Translations under genes and position numbers: made by a program
NCBI GenBank assembly: GCA_003971905.1
Contig: RSEE01000082.1
Location: 62,001 to 126,000, forward strand
From: Moniliella sp. 'wahieum'
Taxonomy: Eukaryota
Reading direction: 5' to 3'
DNA length: 64,000 nt
Shown here: positions 12,962 through 25,118 of the stretch, piece after piece
How the letters are laid out: every line of letters begins with the position of its first letter
How positions within the stretch are numbered: position 1 is the stretch's first letter
The notes under the pieces: model-generated
Seen by the model: the letters and a program-made list of their open reading frames with translations, nothing else
What the model was told of the DNA's origin: nothing
Databases searched by the model: none

Positions 12962-15900
12962 CGAGTCACCCACACCGGATGTGGGTATGACCCTGTTCTA
13001 CATCTTCCTTGGCCCCTTTTGTGTCTTTCCCCTCATCACGCGTGGTTTACCGTGTGATAGCTTCTCTTTTCTCTGGTATAAGATAAGGCACCATCCATGC
13101 AGCCTGAATGAATACCATTGGCATCCAAAGCAACCCCCTTCCTACAGGTTGAGCCCACAACCGCCACGCAAAAAGGTTGCCACACCCAAAACCAAACCGG
13201 GGCAGCAACACCAGCCGCCCCACCCTACCCACCCATTTTTCACAATTTTCCAAGATGCCCCCCGCGCGTGCTCGCCGTCCGGCCACAGCCGAGGGCAACC
13301 CCGACTCCGATAGGAAGTTGCGAAGTTGCCCCCCCTGGCCGCGTGCCTACACTGATACCAGTCCCGCTCCGCGTGCAGTCGATGGCCTCTTGGCAGACCC
13401 GGACGACTCGGACGACGATTCCATGATGCCGTTCCAAGCCTGCGACATCCCCCAGCTCGTGCCGCGCTACGTGCAGAACCCCATTGACAGCGCCGCCGCG
13501 GACGAGCGTCTGCAGCAGCTCGCGGACAACGCCACCCCCTTCTCGTTCATGGATTGGCTAAACAACATGGATTCCCGCGTCGCCGGGATTCACCCGTACG
13601 CCACCACCGCCTTCCTCGGCCGCATCACAGCGCTCAACGCCACTGCTCCTCAACACTCCGCCCAGTCGGGCGCCGCGCGCCCTGCCGGTGCTGCCGGCCA
13701 GGCGCACGAGGCCGCCGTGACGGAGGTTGACACTTGACGAATAGGACGCGGACGCGTCGAGCTCCCTCGGGACTCGACGCACTGTGCTCCACTCTCCCGC
13801 TGTGCTCGACAGCGGCGCACACCCATCTTTGTTCAACCGCGCTGACCTGTTTGCGGACCTGGAATCAGTCAGCGGACACGAACTGGCGGACGGACGCCAT
13901 CTCCCGGTCACATGTCACAGCCCGGGGTACTGTCGAATGCATGATCTCTGACACCCGCTCCCCGTCCACACAGCGACGCGTGACACTGAGAGGTGCGTTG
14001 CTCGTCCCGGCCCTCCGTCGCCCCCTTCTGGGCGTGCAGCATAGGCAGAGTTCTGGCGTAGGAGTTAGCTTGGCGGCAGGAGGGAACGGGGTGTAGCCGG
14101 CTTGGTGGGGGTAGTTAACAATCAGACCTAGGAAGTGGACTTGCTGGCTGGGATGGCTTACGCGAAGCTTATGTAACAGACGGGACACACTCTGTGCCGG
14201 ATTTTAATACTGAGTCCACTGCTGGCTCTGCCGCGTCCCGGCCACGACTTCACGCGCTGGCCCCGCAACTGCTACGCCATGACCCCGGTGGCCGACGTGC
14301 CGGACCAAGGCACGCCGCATTGACAATGGTGCCGAGGCCCCACTCCGCTCCGCGCCCCCCCCCCCCACCACCACCTGACGGCCACACCTTTTGCGGCCGA
14401 CACTGGGGCTGATCTCCTTCCCCGCTTGACCCTGGCGGAGGCCTACTTACAGGAGCCCTCGTCAGCACACCTGATGGCTATTCTAGCGGTGCCCACGGAA
14501 GTACTCCGCCACCACAACAGGGACACCGGCCTCCTCTGGACGTATCCCAACCATGCCTCGGTGCTCCCTCGGCATAGCCTTTCGCAACCAGCCGCACTCA
14601 TCCTACCCATACAGGCCGCGTGGTACCGCAGGGCCACACCCTCACCGACACGACGGACACTAACCGCATTGTGGTGGACCTGGACGAAATCGATGTTGCT
14701 TTGATTGTAACATTCAGACCCGACGTTGGGGCAGGCATATCCGGGTTTGACCCAGCCCCTCCTATGTGCGGCCTGGAATACGACCGCCTTCGTTGACTTT
14801 TTCACCGCCCTCACCAAGAGTATTTACCAACGGCACCGCCCTAGGCCATGAGCTCCTGCTGGCCTCCCGCATTACCCCATGGAAGAAGGCATCGAGGGTA
14901 TTCGCCCCATCGCCCTGTGGGAGCTGATCTACCGCCTGTGCGCCAACGGCATCGCTCGAGCGCCCCCCACAGTTGGCCTCTCCCCACTCAGCGGAGTGGG
15001 GACGCAAAACGGGGTGGAGCCTATCGTACGGATGGTCGAGCGCATGACGGCCACAGGCGGGGAGAACGACGCGGAACTGGGCGACTTCAGCCACGTCGCC
15101 ATGCTCGACTTTACCAACGCCTTCAACACTGCGCGCCGTCGCACACTCGCTAAGGCGCTCCATGCCTACACCCCGACCTCATCACCTTGGGCCGATGGAT
15201 CTATGGTTCCCCCACCCAGCTTTGGGTTGTGTCGGGCGGAAATGAGACCAGCGTCCTGTCGGCAGAGGGCGTACGGCAGGGCGACCCCCTCGCCCCTTTT
15301 TCTTCTTCATCGCAGTGCGGCCCACGCTGGAGAAACTGGAAAAGGATCTGCCGCCGGGGCACCTGGACGAAATTACGATTTTCGGTCCAGGGCCAGGCAT
15401 TACCGGCCTAGCCACGGAGATTTTGGAAGACGACGCGTCAGGCCTCAAGCTCAACCTGCGCAAGTGTGTCGAGCGGGACCGGGACCAGATTCGGGAGGAT
15501 GGTCTGCAGGTTCTGGGCACTTGTGGGGAGGGGTAGACTGTCGTCGATGGTGGCTCCGGGCCCAATTGGCCAGTCTGAGGGAGAACATGCCTAAGTTTGA
15601 TGGCATCACCCGCCAGGGACGCCTCTTACTATGGCGGCTCAGTACTCAGACCAAGCTGCGCCACCTGCTCCGCACCATGCAGATGGAAGGAGAGCTAGAC
15701 GACGTGCTGGCCGAGATTGATGCCTTCATCTGTACGGAGTTCAGACGGATCCGGGGCGACGAGGATCCCCAAGGTGCCAAGGACGACCACTTCGACATGC
15801 TCATGAGCCTGCCTCTCCGGATGGGAGGATGTGGCAGCCCGCTTAACTCGTATATTGCGCCCCACGCTTGTGCCGCGGCCAACGACGTTCTTATTACCAC

Positions 15901-15990
15901 TCATGTTGACGGATCGGGACCGCAAACGGCGACGGCAAATGCATTTAGGAAGCAACGCCAGCGCTGCCGGGCGATGAACTGGTCGGTTTA
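12960..15990 (+). mobile_element. Degenerate CRE-clade (Cnl1/MoTeR-like) non-LTR retrotransposon
   Basis: The 5' part (also present inverted at 44690-45110) has an ORF starting MPPARARRP at ~13255, followed by the RT region. Boundaries are approximate. Confidence 0.65.
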
Positions 15991-15997
15991 TGCGTAG
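14426..15997 (+). pseudogene. Non-LTR reverse transcriptase, inactive
   Basis: Motifs IRPIALWELIYRL, LDFTNAFN, GVRQGDPLAP, GLKLNLRKC, SLPLRMGGCG. The catalytic YLDD reads HLDE, with internal stops and deletions. Confidence 0.85.
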
Positions 15998-16084
15998 CGT
16001 TTCCCTGTCCCAGCCTTAAGCTCTGTCATATGTCAATGGTATGGATGCAGTATAGAGATTTACCCGCGCTGGGATTATGCATGA

Positions 16085-16280
16085 TTATGATTGATGGATC
16101 AATATATCATTGATCCACTACTTCGTTTGGAGTAAGAGTTTGTCAAAACGGACCACAGGGCGTGGGCGCAGTCGCGGGAACGGATCCACATATATAGGAG
16201 CAAGCTATTACAGGAAGAATGAGGCAGCAGATCAGAGTAAATCAATCATCCACCAATCCAATGGGGGGTGGTTGTTGAGT
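16085..16280 (+). repeat. Dispersed repeat block Z
   Basis: Inverted homolog at ~44260-44450. Confidence 0.85.
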
Positions 16281-16665
16281 AGATTGAACGTTGAACGTTG
16301 AGTGTTGAGTACTGAGTGTTGAGGTCTTGAGGATTCAGGTTCTAGTTCCAAGCTTCTAACAGCGCGGGGCATACTGAGATATATATATGAACCCCACTGC
16401 CAAGGTCAGCTGTGGAGAAGGGGCCATCATGCATGACAAGGGGCCATCCGGTCATATGCACTTGCCCGGCCCTTCTCAGATCTCACCCCGGTGAGGCTGG
16501 GTGAAGCTCTGAATGTTCACATGCTCCACACAGTCCAAAGGAGAAGGTCTGACACATGTTCATGAGTCGTACGCTGCTATACGATTCCTGACGGCTTCAC
16601 GATTGCTTTTTGTAGGGTAAAAAGCTTCCTCTTAATACGTGGGGGCGTTTTTGTCGCTGCGCACA

Positions 16666-17201
16666 TGTAACCCTACCCCACACGGGATCCCGCACTAGGG
16701 CAGCCGGCGGGGTACCGTGGGAGAAAAGCTTCCTAGACACAGCCCCCTGCTGTAAGCGTCTGCCGCACTAACCCCGTGTGTGAGGCGCAACTGGTTACAC
16801 TCCTGTTTTCGCTCTGCCTCGACTCTTTTCTCGCTTGCAGCCGTCGGCTGAACCACTGCATACAGGATTCATCCCCCGCTCCCGGGTCACTAGCTTCACT
16901 GTCGCTCCCTGGTCCGCATTCTCCGAACTCTGATTGCAGCCCGCGTGCCACAGTTCCATACCACAGTCCTTAATAGCCTTCCTGGGGCCTCTGATGTGCG
17001 AATAAAGTATTGTTGGGCAAGCGCAGTAGTGCGCTACCCAATATATACGGTGCGCTGCGTATTCATATCAACTTGGAGACGCAACTTAGCGCCCGCTCAG
17101 CCTCGGTTGTCTCGATGGGCTGGGGCCAACGCAGGGCCCTCCTTACTCATGCATGACCACGCCACGCCGGAGGGACAGGACACTGGCACCGCGCGGTTGC
17201 A
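16666..17201. repeat. Dispersed repeat block X (possibly an old solo LTR)
   Basis: Inverted homolog at ~49383-49957. Ends are TGTAAC...GTTGCA, but no TSD is seen. Confidence 0.75.
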
Positions 17202-17551
17202 ACTGCCTAGAGTATGAGATGTGGATCTAGGAGCAGACATACTCTGAATCCAATCTCTGTCTCTTGGAAAAGCTAGATCGCCCCCAGCAGTGCTGACTCG
17301 GAACTATGTGAGCCCTTGTGGGCTAGCACACCCACATCTTTGTGGAGCATCCTGGCAATAAGGGTTAATGATCGGACGCTTGCATCCTGGAAACGCTTCT
17401 GCGCCTGAATGAATCAAGGCTCTTACTGTTTCTATTTAAAAGGAACACCTGTCGTCGCTACATCCACCCAACCACACCCCTCATCCCACCACACCACCAC
17501 CGTCTGTGTCTCTGCATCTCCTTCGCTCCACCGTTCGCCTACGCCTTTGTC

Positions 17552-18747
17552 ATGCGCTTCCTCCCTCTCTCTTCTTGGGCGCTTCTTCTGGCGTCCCTTC
17601 CGGCAGTGCTCGCCTCGCCGTTCCCTGCAAGCTATCCGCGGTCGGGCAACATCGTCGCCAAGGACAATGGGGCCAAGGAGCCGTGCCTCAGCGACTCGCA
17701 AACCAAGAGTCTCCAAATGGCCGTTTACCAGGCGGATGCCCAGGTATGTCTCTTTTCTCTTTACCAACAGAGTGCGGTGTACGATTGAGCTAACTATTGG
17801 GCTATCGCTTGGGGACATAGGTCGCACTCTTCCAATACGGGCTGGACAAGTTCGACGAAAAAGACTTTGAGGCTGCGGGCCTGACCTGTGACGACAAGGC
17901 GCAGCTTAAGTGGATGGTGCAAACCTCCAGCAACCACCGCGACCTGCTGGCCAAACAGCTCCAGGCCTCCAAGAAGGATGTCCCCAAGCCTTGCACCTAC
18001 AAGTGGCCATGCGAGGAACACCTCCCGGATTACTTTGTGTACACCCAGGGTATCATTCAGGATGCCGTTTCGGGTCTGCTGGGCGGCATCAGTGACGATG
18101 ATGCTCATCCGTATCCTTCCGTCATTTCGCAGATCGCTGCCGGTACACAGGCATGCTAGGCATTCTGAACCAATTCGTTGGTCATTTCCCCAACCCGTCG
18201 GTGATGCCTGCACTGCTAGCATCTCAGTTCCACTGGAGCCTTGCCATTGACAACATTCTCACGTGTCCTGCCGGGAACCCTGTTCCGTTTGACAAGACAT
18301 ACGCTCCTCTGACTGTCACGAACGTACCCACGTATGGCCCGAGGAAGCCATCCCTGAGTAGCCCGACCCTCAGTTCGTACACCCAGGCCAGGCGATCAAC
18401 TTCAAATGGGATCCCGACACCACCCGGGGCCCATTCAACCAGACAAGTTCCTGCTCCAACAAGACCCCACTCATGCTGTCTTTTTCACGGAAGATCAGCA
18501 GATCCAAACCCCCCTCACCAACGTGGGATCTGACTGCGCCACGACATTGCTTCCCTATGCCAACGACAATTCTGGATCAGGATCGGCGGGGCAGGGGAAA
18601 TGGGCTTCCCCGGAAAAGAAGACACCGCTCAGTGGTACCGTCTACATTCTGTTGATTGATGACTCTGACACCAACAACATGGGATCCCGCATGGAAAATG
18701 GTGCTGGCCTCTCATTGACACAACTGCGCCTTCCCGGCGCACCGTGA
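17552..18747 (+). CDS. Secreted ferritin-like (Rds1/Ferritin_2-type) protein; intron 17744-17820
   Basis: Signal peptide MRFLPLSSWALLLASLPAVLA. After splicing: LFQYGLDKFDEKDFEAAGL...HRDLL...PKPCTYKWP...AVSGLLG...ILTCPAGN, the Rds1-like pattern. Confidence 0.7.
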
Positions 18748-19039
18748 TCATGAAGCATCGAACATCACGTCATCCACTTTTGATATGCGGCGCCACCGCG
18801 AGTTCTCGTAACCATTCTTGTTTTGTTTTACCCTCTACTTCCAGACCCTGATACTTCTCACCATAGAGAAGCCCGCCGGTGACTCACCCTCTTACGATCG
18901 GCCACTTTCTTGGATCACGCCTGTCTCCTTCTCTTTTCCAGCCTCATTGTTTGCAGCATGACAACGCCACGTCCCGATGACGACCCCTGCGATGCAGTGA
19001 TTGAATTGTTTTCGCTCGAGTTTCGAAGTGCTACAGCAT

Positions 19040-19723
19040 CCCACCTGTAGATCAACCAGGTGTAGTACACAGCAGCCATGGTAGTACTCTGATCACTGGC
19101 ATCTTTCACCCTCTCTGCCAAAGAACTGATGTTGATATTGATGAGTGGGGGGCATGTGCATTCACAAGTAGTATATCGTCAGATCCATTGGAGCGTATCA
19201 TCGGATCCATTAACGCGCGGACGACGCTGATGTCCATCCTAACTGTTAGCTTAGGTGAGATGTGGATAATATCATGTTACGCACTCGTAGGTCGATGAAC
19301 AGATTCGGTGGTATTGGGTAGGTCATGTGGGTGGGATCGATGAAGGGTGCAGTTTGAAGCTTGAAGCTTGAAGTTTGAAGCTTGCAGCTTGAAGCTTGAA
19401 GCTGATGGTGATTGAATTCCGAGTTCTGAGTGTTAGAGCGTGGTGCCAGGTTCCCTTGCACGGCCCTCAATGGATCGGTAACGCTCGCCTAGCCGAGCGG
19501 GAAGAGTTCCGCTCGCAGGCCGCTCACGCCCTGCTCGCTCCATCTCCCTTCTCTCTCTCCTTTCTCCTTCCTTTCAGACGTTGCTTGAAGACTTGTGGCT
19601 CACCACTTTGCGTTAACGCCTTGTCTGAAGGCTGCTTTGCAGCTGATCCATAGGATCGCGAGTGCTCCCAAGTCGCATTGTAGCACTGAGATCTGATCCC
19701 TGACTTCTGAAGAACATCCCTTC
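19040..19723 (+). repeat. Dispersed repeat block Y including an (AAGCTTG)n array
   Basis: Inverted homolog at ~48790-49200. Confidence 0.85.
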
Positions 19724-20600
19724 TGTCACGGGGCGATGCGCAGCACAGCCACCGGAAATATTTCGGTTGGCGGCGCCGCTGCTTATCGTTCGCTCTTGGC
19801 TTCTAATCGGTTCGATCGCCATTGCTCCGCGCGTGCGGATCGGCGGGAGCTATCAGCCGCGTGGTCTCCAACAGACCACAGTTAGGCCGCTTGCCATTGT
19901 ACGATTTGCGGGCCTTTGCCTGCCTATATAAAGACCCGCTCTGTACTCAGAATGCATGGAGGCAAACGACCAATCGTCTTGTCCTACGTCCACCCTCAGC
20001 GCCGCCTTCACCAGGACTCAGCTTAGGAACGCTATCGCTAGGAAGGCAGTAGGGAGGACGTCTCTCTGGTACGAAGCTCGCGTGTTTCGGGCCTATGACT
20101 GGTCCCTTGCCTGACGAGCCAGAGGGCTGGCTCCCCTTTGTGCCCCCGTCGGGCGAGGTTGTCATCGCCCGGGAGGCCACACCGTTACAATAACCCGCTA
20201 CTAGGAGGGGAACGAACATAGAAGAAAGGCTATATATACAGAAAGGAACGGTGTAGAATAAACATACAACGTAGAAAGATGAAGGAATAAAGGCGAACGG
20301 CTCTTAAAGGATCACATATCGAGTAGGGAAAGGTTCCTCAGGAAGGGCCAAGCACGAACAAGGCCGAATGTTCTGGACACAGCAAGAACGTAAAAGATAT
20401 AGACATGAAGGGATAATCCCACACCGAAAAACGAGACGCCCAGATCAGGAAACGGTCGTCCAGATCCGGCAACTTAGAGCTCATTTTGTGCTCAAGACTA
20501 AAGACCAAATGTTTGAAGTGGAACGACGAGACCACTGGGCCTACGGCCTGGTCAGCTGAGGATTCGTCCCAGCTTGGTCCTGCATCGTCACCTTAGCCAC
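19724..20600. mobile_element. LTR-like insertion
   Basis: Starts TGTCACGGGGCG (same terminus as the 8262 LTR) exactly where homology with block Y of the second island stops. TATATAAA at ~19925 and AATAAA at ~20257. The right end is not defined. Confidence 0.55.
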
Positions 20601-20699
20601 CGTTCCCCCGTCGCCACCGTAGCCACCGTTCCCCCGGTCCACCGTTCCACGCTGGAGAAGTAAAATAATATACGCGGGCTGCGTCGCCGGTGGCTTACG

Positions 20700-21465
20700 T
20701 GAGCGCCACATGACAGCTCTGTCGCCCAGTGTTGGCCACCCCATGATTCCCATTTTCTGTGCGTGCGCCATTCTCCAGTTTGTGCGCTCCATCCCCGACA
20801 CCCACATCCACAACGAACCTGCTGTGGAGGAAGAGGATGGGACAAGACGCGGGCTGAGGGCACTGCGCACCAACTACCGCGTGATGGGGCATGGAGCAAT
20901 CGGAGGGTCAGGAATGGAGGCGGGCCACACGCTGCGGGACACGGGATCGCTGGAGGCGCAGCGCGCGTACCGGAGGGTGGTGCACGAGAGTACCGCGACG
21001 CCTTTGGAACGCCGAGAGAAGGAGCTGCTTCGGCTGCTGGAACAACCAGAATGCGACAAGAACGCCAAGTAAGAGGGACGCACTCAAGAGCTGTTTTTCC
21101 GCGGGCAAGATACTGGAAGGATTTGACTACTGACTCTCAATGCAAATGGTTTCTCGCTCGGATGTCTACCACGTTCATCCGTGTCCACACGTGCTACCTC
21201 GGGTATGGGAACGAATGGCGGCCACCACAGGGTCCTTATCTCCTGCGATTCCCCTGGTTCCTTCACATTGGTGGCGCTACCAAGCAACACACGCAAGATG
21301 AACGGGTCGGTTTAGGCGTAGCGTTTCCCTGTCCAGCCTTAAAGGCCCTATCAATGATCTGGATACAGTATAGCGATAAAATTTAAAACCAGGAGGGACT
21401 CAAAGCTTCACGCACGGATCTCCTCTGCCGTACAGAAAAGACTCGATCTTGGATATCGCCCAAAT
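20700..21465 (+). mobile_element. CRE/Cnl1-like endonuclease fragment plus 'J' repeat (copy 2)
   Basis: Encodes HNEP...RTNYRVMG...K..K(Y), an RLE-like pattern. DNA matches 7615-8261 plus 9131-9268. Confidence 0.65.
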
Positions 21466-22098
21466 CGAAGCAAGCATGCTTCGTGTAGGCGCAACGAAGT
21501 AAATGGGTTATTTAGGCGAGCCAGCCCGCAGTGACCCATAACAAGCTATAAAGTGAGAAAATGGTTCACCTCACAGGGCGCGTATCTATGTAGGGCAGCG
21601 GCAATTTATGCCTATCCGCTTTGGAGGTATACGGTATTCACTTTGAGGGGGTTTAGATCGGCGTCGGCCGGAACCGATGCAACAGGGGTTATGTAGTATA
21701 TAAAGCTAATGCTTAGGTGAAGAGGTGTGGAAACATATAGTAGGCGAGGAGGGAGCGACCGTACCAATATGCTTTGGTGGGGTTTTGCGCTTCTGCGGCT
21801 AGGTAGTGCGTTCCCTTGGCGCAGCTGGGATGCGTTGCTCTTAATCGCCTCCAGGCTCGAGCGCACACATGAGCATGACATGAGCGAGAGCGAGAAGGGA
21901 GAACTTGATGACCTGCGAGTCGGAACGGAGTTGGGACGACAACCTCTGATAGTATAAATGCAAGCTCAACTCACAATCACTGTGATTCACCACCACCACC
22001 ACCAACAACAACAACAACTGCAACAACAACAACAAAAACCAAACAACAACGCCGAGCACTAACACCAACACCACTAGGAACCCAAAAGGCTAGGCGTC

Positions 22099-25000
22099 AT
22101 GTCGACTCCTCGCTCGAGCGGGCTCAACGAGGCGGATGAGGAACGGACCCGCCCACTTTCCAAAGACTCGGGCTTTCCGTCCACTCTGGATGCCATCGAC
22201 TCTCTTCGGCCTCTCACAATTGATAGCGTAACATCCACAAACAAAGCGACATCCAAGAAGACTACCCCGTTTTCGTTCGCAACCACAGCCGAGGTCGACA
22301 ACGAGAATGGGATGGAAACAGTGTCGCTGTTGGAAAACGCGCTCTTTCAGAACGACCCACTGCTGAATCCACATGATGATCACTCTGGGACACGAGCCGC
22401 GACGAACGAAAACCGGGGATCGGACCAGTGGGGTGAAGGCGCCAACGGAGGTGAAAATGACGCAGACGAGGAGAAGGTTCTGGACTTGGCTGATGCGCGT
22501 GTGCGTGCCGTCGTGCCTAACGAAGACGACCCAGATATGCCATGCAACACGATCCGCACCTGGCTGCTTTCCATACTGTTGGCCCTCGGCCTCACCACCG
22601 CCCTCGTTGGTCTGGAGGTCCGAGGAAACGCTACCAACCCACAGATCTTTGTGTCTACAAGTGCGGTGTTGGTACAGCCATTCACCTACTGTTTGGGTTT
22701 TGCGCTATCGAAAATACCGTACCCATCCCACTGGCCCCTGGCTTGGTTCATCAACCCGGGCCCTTTTAACCTCAAGGAACATACGTGCGTCCCAACTTCC
22801 GGGAAGTTGAGGTTGCAGTGAAAGAGACCTCTGGCTGACACATATGTGATTGTTTCGTGCAGGATATGCACCATCGTCACTGCGGTTGCCATGGGCCCCA
22901 ATCTCACCTTGCAATACTTAGCCGGACTGGCTGACTCGGCTAGTGGTGGCTCAAAACGTAGCACATTCCCACCCGGCTTCCTCTTTCTCATCTATCTCTC
23001 GACCCCATTCTTTGGGTTTGCCTTGGCCGGCCTTGTCACACGTCTTCTCGTTTGGCCTGGTGAGCTGATTTATCCTCAGCAGCTTCAGACGAGTGCAATG
23101 TTGACGGCTTTACACGGGGTTCGGCGTGGCAACTGGAGCCGTCGCCGCGTTTTTTGGATTGTGGCGACGGTCATGTTTCGGCACTGGATCCCGCTATTCT
23201 TCTATGCGCCTCTGGCAAGGTTCGAGTGGCCAACGTGGATTGCTCCGTCCAACTTTGTGGTCAATCTATTGTTTGATGGAAAGGGTGGCCTGGGCTGGTC
23301 TTTTTGGTGCCTGGACTGGACTGGAGTGATCTCAGCGTTGAGTTCTCCCTTGATCGTCCCATGGGGTGCGCTGGTCAATGTATTTTGTGGCTTCGTCGTT
23401 GCCATGTGGGTCATTGCCGTCCCGATTTTTTTCACCAACCGGAACCTAGCGGCCTGCCTTCCCTATGGCCTTATCGACGCGGTTTGGTACCCACCGCTGA
23501 ACACCACCAACATGTATACAACTCCTTGCCTCAAGACATGTATCTAGATCCTCCCCAATTTGATTCACCCGACCCACCCCAGGGATACTTTTCCGCCACA
23601 ATCGTCATGACTTGGGCGTTTTCCTATGCCGCATGTACCGCCTTGCTCGTGCACACCCCCCTTTTCCATGGCGGTGACCTCCGCCGCTGGTGGAAAGTGT
23701 CCAATGTGGCTGATTCGCCTGACCCTCACACACGCCAACTCGCCCGCTACCCGGCTGTTCCCACCTGGTGGTACCTGTGTTTGCTTCTGGTTGCTTTTGT
23801 CTTTGCCATCCCCATGGTGCACGTGTACCACACATCGGTACCGGTATGGGCGATTGTGCTTGCCCTGGCGCTGGCTGCAATCTTCATTGTTCCAGTGGGC
23901 ATTGTGGTGGGCCGGACATCGGTGGAGCTGAAGTGTGTGGAGCACTTGGCGACGTTGATTGCTGGTGCTTCTCTGCCTGGGCACACGACCATCCTTGCAC
24001 TCTTTCAGATATGCTGCACGGGCACCATCCAGCAGGCGATGCTCTACTGTGGCTGCTCCAAACTGGCAGTCTACTACTTAAGATCCCACCACGGATCCCT
24101 TCTTTGTACTCGTGGGAACACAATTGGTCTGCTCGGTGTTGCAAAGTGGAATCTGGGTAGGGTGGAGTTCCGATACGCTGCATTTCAGCAAAGAAGCCGA
24201 ACTGCGGATTGTAGGGTTGTACGATCCCATGTATTGGACTGGCGTCGGGCCTCAGAAAAACGGATTCCTGCACCACTACCAATGGACTCTGTACTTTTTC
24301 CTTATTGGCGCAGTCGCTCCATTGCTCTTGTATCTTGCCGGACGCGTGTCCCCCCAGTTGAATCACACTGCTCACCTCCGCTCGATCCATTGGCCGCTCT
24401 TCTTTGGTGGTATATCGCAATTCGCACTTTTTGCAGCCGTTTGCTTCACCTCTTGGTTTTTCTGGGGGGCTCTCACTCACATACTGTTTTCCCGTCGTAG
24501 GCAGTTGAATTATTGGATTGCGTACGCCTACTCTCTCTTCCCTTTGTATTGTTCCAGGGATGAATGCCGCTAACTCTCTTCACTAACAAAATCTCTGCAT
24601 TGGTTGTCGACAGGATGAATTACATTCTCTCTGCCGCCGCTTCTGTGGGAAGTTCGCTTTGTACAGCCATCATCGCGGCCATGGAGTACGGTACAGATGG
24701 CACTCAATCCCGCTTTACCCGCTTCCTCCATCACCCTGAACAAACTTGGGCCCCAGAACGACTACGGCGATACCTTGGAAAAAGTTCTGGTCTGGAACGA
24801 CACGTTTTATCCCAACAGGAATGTGCCTTCCTCCGACTTGTCCTAGTTATCCCCTTGCAAATCCAGCCGGACAAGCAACCGACGGATCTGGGCAACGGCG
24901 GAGAAAAAAACCCCACTTTTTTCGGTTTTTTTTTTTTTTTTTTTTTCTTTCCCTCCATCTGCCCATCAAATTACGCCCCGGCACCAACAGTTGCCCACCC

Positions 25001-25118
25001 CCACCCCTATCTGCCCTGTTTTCCTTTTGCCTTTTCTCTCTTCGTCACATGCAGCTGTGGCCACACTTTACTTTGTGTCGACCACGTTTTGCTTTTTGGG
25101 ACTAAAATCGGACATTGA
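22099..25118 (+). CDS. OPT-family oligopeptide transporter, copy 2; introns 22785-22862 and 24522-24613
   Basis: Same OPT motifs (VRAVVPNEDDP, NPGPFNLKEHT, KIPPR, MNYILSAA) and the same intron positions as copy 1. The 3' end is uncertain. Confidence 0.88.

Noticed and set aside
13095..13125. Hammerhead ribozyme at the retroelement 5' end (CTGAATGA)
   Set aside because: The core does not match CUGAnGA and I could not find the GAAA segment and stems.
13913..14220. LTR inserted in the retroelement (TGTCACAG start)
   Set aside because: No matching end or TSD could be identified.
14879..15997. RT as retron, DGR or group II intron, or as an active element
   Set aside because: Motifs (RPIA, NAFN, GVRQGDPL) are of non-LTR type, the catalytic motif is degenerate, and no template/variable repeat pair is seen.
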